DNA of 64,000 bases, from positions 203,034 through 267,033 of the forward strand of contig JAHFKV010000001.1 of assembly GCA_023245155.1 (NCBI GenBank), read 5' to 3'. The DNA is from Candidatus Staskawiczbacteria bacterium (GTDB lineage: Bacteria > Patescibacteriota > Minisyncoccia > Minisyncoccales > Staskawiczbacteraceae). Under the pieces are notes generated by a model, which made no database searches, was not told where the DNA came from, and saw nothing but the letters and a program-made list of their open reading frames with translations. A program made the position numbers and the translations under genes. Each line of letters starts with the position of its first letter. Within the stretch, counting starts at the first letter, position 1. Shown here in pieces: positions 54,316 through 63,115 of this stretch.

Positions 54316-55608
54316 ATGCAAGAAGAAACTAAAAAAGCCTGGGTGGTGGCGGTGGATATGGGTTATGGGCATCAGCGCACTGCCTATCCCTTGCGCGCCA
54401 TTGCTCTTGGGGGTGCGGTGGTGAACGCCAATAATTACCCGGGAATCCCTTCCCAGGATAAAAAGTTTTGGAAAAATTCCAAAGCTGCTTATGAATTTAT
54501 TTCTCGGTTTCGCCGTATTCCGATTGTAGGGCTGACGTTATTTTTGCTGTTTGATTATTTCCAGAAAATTTTAGGATATTACCCCAAACGCGATCTTTCT
54601 AAAACCACGTTTGGCCTCAAAAGCGTTTTTCATTTTATCAACAAGGGTCGCGGTAAAGACTTGATTGAAAAATTCAGCAAGCAACCCGTACCGATTATTT
54701 CCACCTTTTTTACACCCGCATTCATGGCAGAAAAATTGGGGTATCCTGGCACCGTGTATTGTGTCATCTGTGACGCCGATGTGGCTCGCGGCTGGGTTGA
54801 TTTAGAACCCCAGAAAACCACCATCCATTATTTGGCCCCAAACACCTGGACGCGCGACCGCCTGAAGCTCTATGGCGTTCCCGCTCAAAACATTACCTTA
54901 ACCGGTTACCCCTTACCCAAAGAAAACATCGGCAGCCAGATGGAAATCATTAAAAAAGACATGGGTTACCGCTTGCTGAATTTAGATCCTAAGGGCAAAT
55001 ACAAACATTTGTATGCTCCGCTGATTAAGAAGTATGTTGGGGAGCTTCCCGTCTTGTCTAATCATCCCTTAACCATCCTGTTTTCCATTGGGGGTGCGGG
55101 TGCCCAGAAAGAAATTGCGCTGCAAATTATTCAAAGTTTGAAAGAAAAAATCAAAGCCAAGCAGCTGCGGTTTATCGTTTCGGTAGGTACGCGTGAAAAC
55201 TTGCGCCAATATTTTGCCTCCAAGGTGAAAGACTTGGAGCTGAACGGCTGGCTGCATATTCTTTCAGGGAAAACTGCCAAGGAATATTTTGAAACATTCA
55301 ATCAGGCTTTACGCACCACCGATATTTTGATGACCAAGCCCTCAGAGCTTTCCTTTTACGGCGGTTTGGGAATCCCGATTATTATTGAACCTTCCATTGG
55401 TTCGCAGGAAGATTTTAACCGCCGGTGGCTTGAACACGTGGGCGTAGGTGTAGCCCAGGAAAATCCCAAATATACTGAAGAATGGTTATTTGACTTATTA
55501 GAAGGAGGGGATTTGGCGGAAATGGCCATGCAGGGCTTTGTGGAAATTGAAAAAATGGGAACCTACAATATTGAAAAAATAATCCAACATGGGGCTGTCA
55601 AAAACTAA
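54316..55608 (+). CDS. Putative GT-B fold glycosyltransferase (MGDG-synthase/MurG-like); assignment uncertain
   Basis: 430 aa. N-terminal VVAVDMGYGHQRTA resembles the G-x-GH motif of MGDG-synthase-type enzymes. The C-terminal half is Rossmann-like. Confidence 0.45.
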   Translation: MQEETKKAWVVAVDMGYGHQRTAYPLRAIALGGAVVNANNYPGIPSQDKKFWKNSKAAYEFISRFRRIPIVGLTLFLLFDYFQKILGYYPKRDLSKTTFGLKSVFHFINKGRGKDLIEKFSKQPVPIISTFFTPAFMAEKLGYPGTVYCVICDADVARGWVDLEPQKTTIHYLAPNTWTRDRLKLYGVPAQNITLTGYPLPKENIGSQMEIIKKDMGYRLLNLDPKGKYKHLYAPLIKKYVGELPVLSNHPLTILFSIGGAGAQKEIALQIIQSLKEKIKAKQLRFIVSVGTRENLRQYFASKVKDLELNGWLHILSGKTAKEYFETFNQALRTTDILMTKPSELSFYGGLGIPIIIEPSIGSQEDFNRRWLEHVGVGVAQENPKYTEEWLFDLLEGGDLAEMAMQGFVEIEKMGTYNIEKIIQHGAVKN

Positions 55609-56596
55609 TATACTTTTACTGATTGTTTTTTTGGTTGCCGTTTTCTTGGCATACTTTTTTTTCATTGGTAATGCGCCTAAGCAGCAACCTATTACTTGGG
55701 GCGTGGACTTTTCCCAAATGCAAGCGGAAAGTTTAAAACTGGATTGGAAAAAGACCTATTTGGCCATCTTAGAAGATTTGGGCGCGGGTAATGTGAAGCT
55801 CCACACCCAGTGGGATTGGGTAGAGGGCAAAAGGGGTGAATATTATTTTGATGATATTGACTGGCAAATGCGCCAGGCGGAAATACATAATGCGAAAATA
55901 ATATATGTGGTAGGTATGAAAACTGGTCGGTGGCCAGAGTGCCATGTTCCAACCTGGGCTGCCAGCTTGAGCAAGCAGGCTCAGCAAGATGCTTTGTTAG
56001 CCTATATAAAAAAGGTGGTGGCGCGCTATAAAAACAGCGGGTCCATTATTGCCTGGCAGGCAGAAAACGAGCCCCTGTTTCAATTCGGCCAATGCCCCTG
56101 GTATGACAAAGGTTTTTTGACCAAAGAAGTGGCCTTGATAAAATCCCTTGACCCGGTCAGACCCGTGATTGTTTCTGATTCGGGAGAACAGTCGTTATGG
56201 TTGAGCGCAGCTCAAATTGGTGATATGGTTGGAGTAACCACGTATCGGAAAGCCTGGTTCCACCTTTTTGGTGATTACGGTTTTTATGTCACTTCACCAT
56301 TTGCGCCGGGAAGCTATTGGATAAAGTCCCAGCTAGTCAATTGGCTGTTCCATAAAAAAGTGATTGGCGTTGAACTACAGGCCGAACCCTGGACCTTCAA
56401 ACCTTTTTACGATGTGCCGGTAGCAGAACAAGAAAAAACTATGAACCTGAACCAGTTTAAGGCTAACATTACGTACGCCAAAAACACCGGCTTGGATACG
56501 TTTTACTGGTGGGGGGCAGAATGGTGGTATTGGTTAAAGGAAAAGCAGGGAATGCCCGAAATCTGGAACGAGGCGAAAAAGTTATTTAGTAATTAA
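55589..56596 (+). CDS. Membrane-anchored glycoside hydrolase, clan GH-A (TIM-barrel, GH5-like)
   Basis: 335 aa. N-terminal TM helix. Catalytic acid/base context IIAWQAENEP. Trp-rich. Confidence 0.55.
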   Translation: MGLSKTNILLLIVFLVAVFLAYFFFIGNAPKQQPITWGVDFSQMQAESLKLDWKKTYLAILEDLGAGNVKLHTQWDWVEGKRGEYYFDDIDWQMRQAEIHNAKIIYVVGMKTGRWPECHVPTWAASLSKQAQQDALLAYIKKVVARYKNSGSIIAWQAENEPLFQFGQCPWYDKGFLTKEVALIKSLDPVRPVIVSDSGEQSLWLSAAQIGDMVGVTTYRKAWFHLFGDYGFYVTSPFAPGSYWIKSQLVNWLFHKKVIGVELQAEPWTFKPFYDVPVAEQEKTMNLNQFKANITYAKNTGLDTFYWWGAEWWYWLKEKQGMPEIWNEAKKLFSN

Positions 56597-56609
56597 ATTG
56601 TTGTAAACC

Positions 56610-57977
56610 ATGGGAATAGAAAAACATGAAATTAAAGATACTGATGAGCAGCCGAAAGAAACGCCAGAACAGGCGGAAATGACCAAGCAGTTGCAACAAA
56701 TGGCAGATACAGAATTAAAAAGAGAGGCCGATGCCTTGGCGCAAAAGCAACGGGAAAAAACGTTTATCGAAAGTACTTTCTCTGAATATCAGACCAGGGA
56801 ATCAAAGGTGCGGGGCACTGAAATCAAAAGGGGCGAAGCGTTTCGTTATGAGCGTGGACAGATCTTTAAAGCCTACATGAATTTGAGACAAGAAATCAGG
56901 GAGGCAGAAGCAAGGGGCGAAAAAGTTGTTGTCAAAAAGAGATTGTTAATAAGAATGCGCGAGAGAGCAAGGGTGATAGAAAAAGATTTAGACGAATTAA
57001 ACCGCCAATATTACGAGAATGCCAGGGACGTTGAAATTGAAACACCAGACGGTACATTTACCGTGCCAGTGGTTGAGCTGGATTTAAAGAAAGCCAAAGA
57101 AGGCGAAGATTATGATGCAACAAAGGACGATAGAATTCCGGAAGTATTTTTAACGGGCGCGGTTTCAAATTATCATCAAACAGCTTGTTACACGATGGCA
57201 CGGGCCTTACAGGGGCACCGGGTATTGGTGCCCATGACTCCTGAACAGCCATCAGTGAAAAAGCCGGAAAACTTTTCACAAGTGTTAAAGCAAAAAGGGA
57301 ATTTAGAGCCGTACGCAGATATTGTTAAAGCATTGGTCAAAAAAATGGAACTGGAAGAATTTAATTTGTCGGGGTGGTCCATGGGTGCTACTGTGGCGCT
57401 TGAAATGGCTTCGGATCCCGAGCTTGAGGGCTTGCATGATTTAACCGTCATGGAACCACTGGGTCTGCAAGACAAGGGATTTTTACGTATGGGATGGGAA
57501 TTTGCGGTCGGGCAGGGCTTAAAAACAGTCACTTCGTCTGAAAAAAAGATTAAATCTTTGGACCAGGGTGCTCAAGACAGCCAAGCCGGGTTGTCCGCCC
57601 TGGTGAACGCTGGGAGTATTTTAGCTAGAAAACATTTTGACTCCCAAAAATTGTCACGGATTAATCCTGGTGGGCGTTTTCAGGTATTGATGGGAGCCCA
57701 AAGCCCGATCATGAACGGGAATATTATTAAGGACGTCTTTAAAAAAACAGAAGCATTAAGAATCCAAAAAGATTCGGAAGCCTCTCCCCTGGAATTTTAT
57801 ACGGTTGAGGGCAAAGAAACTGGGGCGGATCATAGTTTCCCAATGGTAAACGCTCTCGGGTTGTCACGGATGGTTGATGGAGAACCACCCAAGAGCCAGT
57901 TTAGCACGGTAACCAATAAAGCCCTGGGAAATTCGGCTGTTGAGTGGATGCTTAAAGATATTGCTCAAGGAAAATAA
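56610..57977 (+). CDS. Coiled-coil N-terminal domain fused to an alpha/beta hydrolase
   Basis: 455 aa. K/E/R-rich first ~150 aa. Nucleophile elbow GWSMGA. No subfamily recognised. Confidence 0.55.
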   Translation: MGIEKHEIKDTDEQPKETPEQAEMTKQLQQMADTELKREADALAQKQREKTFIESTFSEYQTRESKVRGTEIKRGEAFRYERGQIFKAYMNLRQEIREAEARGEKVVVKKRLLIRMRERARVIEKDLDELNRQYYENARDVEIETPDGTFTVPVVELDLKKAKEGEDYDATKDDRIPEVFLTGAVSNYHQTACYTMARALQGHRVLVPMTPEQPSVKKPENFSQVLKQKGNLEPYADIVKALVKKMELEEFNLSGWSMGATVALEMASDPELEGLHDLTVMEPLGLQDKGFLRMGWEFAVGQGLKTVTSSEKKIKSLDQGAQDSQAGLSALVNAGSILARKHFDSQKLSRINPGGRFQVLMGAQSPIMNGNIIKDVFKKTEALRIQKDSEASPLEFYTVEGKETGADHSFPMVNALGLSRMVDGEPPKSQFSTVTNKALGNSAVEWMLKDIAQGK

Positions 57978-57978
57978 T

Positions 57979-58215
57979 ATGAAAATCCAAATAGTTAAAA
58001 ATAAATATCTCAATGCAGTTTTAATTTTAATGCTGGTTTCGGCCATTGCTCATATGGCTATTCTTTTCTGGATTGCCATTATTACGGCTAATATCCATGT
58101 GCTTAACTATTTTGACATTTTGAATTTGGGCGCAGGTCCTTCTTTTGATATTCCTTCTTTTGTGTTCGTGCTCTTCTTGTATGGTGGCATTCTTTATTTC
58201 AATGAAAAACACTGA
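57979..58215 (+). CDS. Small hypothetical membrane protein
   Basis: 78 aa from the internal ATG, with two or three hydrophobic helices. Overlaps the next gene by 14 nt. Confidence 0.4.
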   Translation: MKIQIVKNKYLNAVLILMLVSAIAHMAILFWIAIITANIHVLNYFDILNLGAGPSFDIPSFVFVLFLYGGILYFNEKH

Positions 58216-59032
58216 GCATAAAGAAATCATTATTAACGGCCGCAAGGTGCTCTATTTTGAACGGGGTAACCCTGCCCACTCCACGATGGTGTTACTTCAC
58301 GGATACCCGGGTAGTTATGAACACCTCATGGATTTCGCGGATGCATTGGGTAGTAATTTCCATATTATTATTCCCAATTTCCCTTCTTGCGGAGGATCAG
58401 AGCCCATGAACCAAGCTCATACGTTAGAGCATTTTACAGCTTGGCTGGGTGTATTTTTGCAGGAGGTCCAGGCAAGAAATTTCGTGTTGGTCGGTCATTC
58501 ATTCGGTTCCCGGGTGGCGCTATCGTATGCGGTCCGTTGGCCCAAAGAAATAAAGCGTCTTGTGCTGATTACGCCGGTACTCAAAGCTGACAGCGTGTTT
58601 GTATATGTGGTACTGCTTAAGTATAAAATTGCCAAACTTTTGCCCGCTTCAGCTAAAAAAGCTTTTCTAGCCAGCAAGCTCTATGAATATATGGCCTGCA
58701 AAATTGTGTTACAATCAAGAAATCCAAGGCTTCGTAAAGAAATCATCGGCCGCGGGTTTGGCGAATTGGTAAATGTATATCCGGATGTTCACATTGAACT
58801 GTTTGAAGAATTTTATCAGTCTGATTTGACAGTTCTCGCTAAAAAACTGGCCGTGCCAACCCTGGTGATGGCGGGGAGTAAAGACCAAGTAGCTACAGTA
58901 GCATCTGTTAAGCTGTTTACCAGGGCAGCCAAGAATATATCCTTAAAAATAATAACGGGAGCTGGGCACTTAGTGCCATTTGAACGGCCTCGGGCAGTAG
59001 CTAATCTTATTAAAGCGTGGCTTAATCGGTAA
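58202..59032 (+). CDS. Alpha/beta hydrolase
   Basis: 276 aa from the internal ATG. HGYPGS oxyanion region, GHSFGS nucleophile elbow, C-terminal GAGHL. Confidence 0.8.
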   Translation: MKNTEHKEIIINGRKVLYFERGNPAHSTMVLLHGYPGSYEHLMDFADALGSNFHIIIPNFPSCGGSEPMNQAHTLEHFTAWLGVFLQEVQARNFVLVGHSFGSRVALSYAVRWPKEIKRLVLITPVLKADSVFVYVVLLKYKIAKLLPASAKKAFLASKLYEYMACKIVLQSRNPRLRKEIIGRGFGELVNVYPDVHIELFEEFYQSDLTVLAKKLAVPTLVMAGSKDQVATVASVKLFTRAAKNISLKIITGAGHLVPFERPRAVANLIKAWLNR

Positions 59033-59035
59033 TCT

Positions 59036-59944
59036 ATGATATTTTCTTGGGTCATTATCATTGTTTTCTCCTACTTGTTTTTTGCGTTGGCGGCTTTCGG
59101 GGACAAGTTGGTGCTTTCTGGTTCACCCAACCAAAAGTCCTATGCTTTTTACGTGGGAGTTTTAGGTATCTGTGTGGTTTTTTTAATTCCGTTTGCGGGT
59201 TTGGGGTTACCTGCTTTGCCGGTCTTAGCTTGGATTTTTTTAGATGCTTTAGCCTACATTCTGGCCATTTACACCATGTTTTCAGCCCTGGAAACCTTTG
59301 ATGTTTCCCGCGTGGTGCCCGCAATTGGAGCTGTACAACCCATATTTACGTTTATCATCACCTGGTTGTTGTTTGGCCCGCAGGTGTTTCAGCCTATCCA
59401 CATGCTAGCATTTGCCATTTTGCTGGTTGGCGGATTTGTCATTTCCATGGGAAAAACGTTTTCCATTCACGGAAGATATTTGAAACTAACCCTGTTTTCT
59501 TCGCTGATGTTTTCTTGTGACTATGTGTTTTCTAAAATGGTGTTTTTACATATGCCTTTCTTGCAGGGGTTAATTTGGATCAGGATTTTTTGTTTTGGCC
59601 TGGCTTTGCTGCTTTTGTTTGATAAGAAGCTGCGCCAAGAAGTATTCAGCCGGCACCACATGGTCAAGCCCAAAACTCAGTTGTTTATTTTATCAGCCCA
59701 AGCCTCAGGCGCGGTAGCGGGGATTTTACAAAGCTTGGCTATTGCGATTGTCCCGGTGAGCTATTTGGCTATTATGAACGCTTTGCGTGGTGTGCAGTAT
59801 GTGTTTTTGTTTCTGATTACCCTGGGATTTTCCTGGTTGTTTCCGCGTTTACTAAAGGAGGAATTTTCCCAGCGGGCCATCATCCAAAAAGTCTGTTCTA
59901 TCGTCCTGATTTTTATAGGCTTGGCCATGTTATTTTTGAATTAA
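59036..59944 (+). CDS. EamA/DMT superfamily transporter
   Basis: 302 aa with about 10 hydrophobic helices in two similar halves. Confidence 0.65.
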   Translation: MIFSWVIIIVFSYLFFALAAFGDKLVLSGSPNQKSYAFYVGVLGICVVFLIPFAGLGLPALPVLAWIFLDALAYILAIYTMFSALETFDVSRVVPAIGAVQPIFTFIITWLLFGPQVFQPIHMLAFAILLVGGFVISMGKTFSIHGRYLKLTLFSSLMFSCDYVFSKMVFLHMPFLQGLIWIRIFCFGLALLLLFDKKLRQEVFSRHHMVKPKTQLFILSAQASGAVAGILQSLAIAIVPVSYLAIMNALRGVQYVFLFLITLGFSWLFPRLLKEEFSQRAIIQKVCSIVLIFIGLAMLFLN

Positions 59945-59948
59945 CGGT

Positions 59949-60647
59949 ATGAAATTAAGCATTATCATTCCAGCACTAAACGAAGAGAAGTATTTACCCC
60001 TGTTACTTGAATCAATTAGAATTCAAAGTTTTACTGATTATGAAATCATTGTGGCTGACGCTGGTTCGCACGATGGCACCCTAGACATTGCAAGGAGCTA
60101 TGGTTGCAAAATCGTTTTGGGCGGGCTGCCTGCGGCAGCCCGCAACAGCGGTGCCCGCAGTGCCACAGGCAAATTACTATTATTTTTAGATTCAGATGTG
60201 ATTTTGCCTCCGGGTTTTTTGGAAAGATCTATCGCAGCATTTGAAAGCAGAAATTTAGGCGTGGCCGGATTTTTATTAAAGCCTCTTGACGGAAAAACCG
60301 TTGATACGGCAATCTATTGGGGGCTAGACCAGTTTGTACGGGCAATGCACGGCTGGTTTTACCACGGGGCCAGCGCTATCATGGTTAAAAAAGAGGTTCA
60401 TGAAGACATTAATGGTTTTAATGAGGCGATTACCATGATCGAAGATTATTATTATATGAAAAGTGCGGCAAAAGTTTCCCGGTATGGATACATCCGCCAG
60501 CCCGTTAAAGTTTCCATGCGCCGGTATGAAAAAGACGGAAGATTCACCTATGCAAAATATGCCCTAGCGGCCTTGTATACGCACGTTATTGGCCCCATTA
60601 CCAAAGATATTTTCAATTACCAATTTAACCACTATCATAAGAAATGA
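59949..60647 (+). CDS. Glycosyltransferase family 2
   Basis: 232 aa. LSIIIPALNEE, ADAGS.DGT, LDSD (DxD). Confidence 0.85.
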   Translation: MKLSIIIPALNEEKYLPLLLESIRIQSFTDYEIIVADAGSHDGTLDIARSYGCKIVLGGLPAAARNSGARSATGKLLLFLDSDVILPPGFLERSIAAFESRNLGVAGFLLKPLDGKTVDTAIYWGLDQFVRAMHGWFYHGASAIMVKKEVHEDINGFNEAITMIEDYYYMKSAAKVSRYGYIRQPVKVSMRRYEKDGRFTYAKYALAALYTHVIGPITKDIFNYQFNHYHKK

Positions 60648-61039
60648 AAAATCTTGTTACATACTTTTGGTGGGCGGTTACTTTTTTGGGCACACTAGTC
60701 ATTTACCTAGTTTTTTTTGCGGTCCCCTCGTGGCGATTCGTAGTAATTATCGCCAGTGTGGAGATTATCTGTTGGGGGATTAAAGTTTTTTACAAAAAAG
60801 ACCGGCCCATCCCGTATCCCCGTACCAATCTCTATTCCTATATCGACGCCAATAGTTTTCCTAGCATTCATACCGCCCGTGCCGCAGCCGTAGGAATATG
60901 GTTATTCGGCCCATTAGGATTGGCTCTGGCGGCAGTGATAGGTTACTCTAGGATTTTTTTGAAAAAACATTATACTATTGATGTGGTGGCTGGCGCGATG
61001 ATTGGCGCCCTTATTTCCACCCTCATGCTATGTTTATGA
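60644..61039 (+). CDS. PAP2 family phosphatase
   Basis: 131 aa. KKDRP, PSIHTA, SRIFLKKHYTID (SR-x5-H-x3-D). Confidence 0.8.
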   Translation: MKNLVTYFWWAVTFLGTLVIYLVFFAVPSWRFVVIIASVEIICWGIKVFYKKDRPIPYPRTNLYSYIDANSFPSIHTARAAAVGIWLFGPLGLALAAVIGYSRIFLKKHYTIDVVAGAMIGALISTLMLCL

Positions 61040-61809
61040 AAATAACCGAATGGCTCACCTTATTTAAATTCAGATATCACGTTACCTTTATCCTGGTGAT
61101 TCTGGGAGCTTTATTATTCGCCCCGTTTACCTACGCCCTGTTTGCTAATCTGATTGTCGTGTATCTTTCCTTCAATGTGCTTTTGTATGGAGGGCTGTAT
61201 ATATTAAACGACTTAGCTGATATTGAAAACGATAAAAAACACCCGCAAAAAAGGTTCCGACCCTTGCCCGCGGGTAAAATCACCCCCAAGGTTGCGTTCA
61301 TATTGTCTCTTGGTTGCGTCATCTTGGGCCTGGCCATAAGCTATTTCACGTTTGGCACCCTAATTTTTGCTTTATGCGTACTATTTATTGTAGCCAATCA
61401 GTTTTATACCCGGCTTGCCAAAAAAGTTCCTTACCTTGAAATTTTCGCCAATGCCATAACTCATCCCATGCGGTTTTTGCTCGGAGTTTTGCTGGTGGGA
61501 GCTGTTATCCCATATGTGTTGGTTGCCGCTTTGTTTATGCTGGCAATCGGCTTTGCTTGTGTGCGCCGCGTCATAGAACTGCGCGCCCGCGGTGAAAATT
61601 CCAGAAAGGTGTTGAAGTATTATTCTCTAAAAAGTTTGGCAACGGTCATGGTAATTGCTTTTTTTGCCATGATATTCATGGCCATTATTAATTATCCTAT
61701 GTATAGTATCGCATATGCAGTCATGGCAGGAGTATATGTAATTTGTGTTTTCGGTATTTATGTTTCCACACCTGTTTCAAGAGCCTTTGAATGGGTGTGG
61801 TTGAACTAA
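61030..61809 (+). CDS. UbiA family prenyltransferase, decaprenyl-phosphate phosphoribosyltransferase-like
   Basis: 259 aa, multi-pass. NDLADIENDKKHPQKRFRPLPAGKI (NDxxDxxxD plus HP.KR.RP..AG, as in the DPPR-synthase subgroup). Confidence 0.75.
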   Translation: MFMKITEWLTLFKFRYHVTFILVILGALLFAPFTYALFANLIVVYLSFNVLLYGGLYILNDLADIENDKKHPQKRFRPLPAGKITPKVAFILSLGCVILGLAISYFTFGTLIFALCVLFIVANQFYTRLAKKVPYLEIFANAITHPMRFLLGVLLVGAVIPYVLVAALFMLAIGFACVRRVIELRARGENSRKVLKYYSLKSLATVMVIAFFAMIFMAIINYPMYSIAYAVMAGVYVICVFGIYVSTPVSRAFEWVWLN

Positions 61810-61813
61810 TAGT

Positions 61814-63097
61814 ATGTACGAACTACCAGATTATAAACCAGAAGACATTAAAAGAAATGCTCAAAAAATTGCTGGCAATAAAACCTTGCAGGCAGTAGTT
61901 TTATTACTTATTATTGGGGTGGCCTTGGCATTCGCTTCGGGTAAAGTCACCGTAGATCAGCTAAAAAGCCAATATCATGCATTTTTTCAAAATGCCCAGG
62001 GCGTGGCCCATCAAATAACCCCCTTGGCTCAAAAGCCGGCGGAAAAATATGTTTCCAAAGTAGGGTACGAGCAGGCCATTATTGATTCAGTAAAATCGGC
62101 TTCGCCTTCGGTGGTCAGCATTATCATTTCAAAAAATGTGCCGGTCTACGAACAGCAATTTATTAATCCGTTCGGCGATATCCCCGGTTTTAACATTCAA
62201 ATTCCTCAGCAAGTTCAAAATGGCACCCAGTACCAAGAAGTGGGTGCCGGTTCAGGTTTTATTGTTTCAGAAGATGGTTTGATTTTAACCAACAAACATG
62301 TGGTTTCTGATACTGGCGCAGACTATGTTGCTATTACCACTGACGGCCAAAAATATCCGGCCAAAGTCCTGGCTTTGGATCCGGTGCAAGACTTGGCGGT
62401 GATAAAAATTACCGGAGATAAAAAGTTTCCGAGCATTACTCTGGGAGATTCTGCGGGCATCCAAATCGGCCAGGGGGCGATTGCCATTGGAAACGCCTTG
62501 GGGCAATTTTCTAACACGGTTTCTGTGGGTGTGGTTTCTGGCTTGGGCAGAACTATTTCAGCTGGTGGTGAGGGCGGATTTTCGGAAACCTTAGAAGGTG
62601 TTATCCAGACTGATGCAGCCATTAACCCGGGGAACTCAGGCGGACCGCTCCTGAATTTAAACGGCGAAGTGATGGGGGTGAATGTGGCTATGGCTCAGGG
62701 TGCTCAAACCATTGGTTTTGCTATTCCTATTAACATTGCCAAGCGCGACATTGATCAGATTATTAAAACCAACAAAATCATTTATCCGTTTTTGGGAGTG
62801 CGCTACGTGTTAGTGGATGGCACGGTGCAAAAAAAGTATAAGCTTCCAGTTGATTATGGTGCACTGGTTTTGAAGGGGGACAATGGCGAGCCTGCCATCA
62901 CCAAAGGCAGTCCGGCCGAAAAAGCGGGTATCCAGGAAAAAGATATTATCTTGAATTTAAACGGAGAAAAAGTAACCAAAGATGTTTCGTTGGCCAGTCT
63001 TATCCAAAAATTCAGCCCAGGCGATAAGGTGACCTTAAAAATTCTGCGCAGTGGCAAAGAAATCATGGTTGACGTAGTGCTTTCTGAGAGAAGTTAA
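61814..63097 (+). CDS. htrA: HtrA/DegP family serine protease with PDZ domain
   Basis: 427 aa. TM anchor, TNKHVV / DLAVIK / GNSGGPL triad contexts, C-terminal PDZ. Confidence 0.9.
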   Translation: MYELPDYKPEDIKRNAQKIAGNKTLQAVVLLLIIGVALAFASGKVTVDQLKSQYHAFFQNAQGVAHQITPLAQKPAEKYVSKVGYEQAIIDSVKSASPSVVSIIISKNVPVYEQQFINPFGDIPGFNIQIPQQVQNGTQYQEVGAGSGFIVSEDGLILTNKHVVSDTGADYVAITTDGQKYPAKVLALDPVQDLAVIKITGDKKFPSITLGDSAGIQIGQGAIAIGNALGQFSNTVSVGVVSGLGRTISAGGEGGFSETLEGVIQTDAAINPGNSGGPLLNLNGEVMGVNVAMAQGAQTIGFAIPINIAKRDIDQIIKTNKIIYPFLGVRYVLVDGTVQKKYKLPVDYGALVLKGDNGEPAITKGSPAEKAGIQEKDIILNLNGEKVTKDVSLASLIQKFSPGDKVTLKILRSGKEIMVDVVLSERS

Positions 63098-63115
63098 AAA
63101 AGTAACCATAATCTG

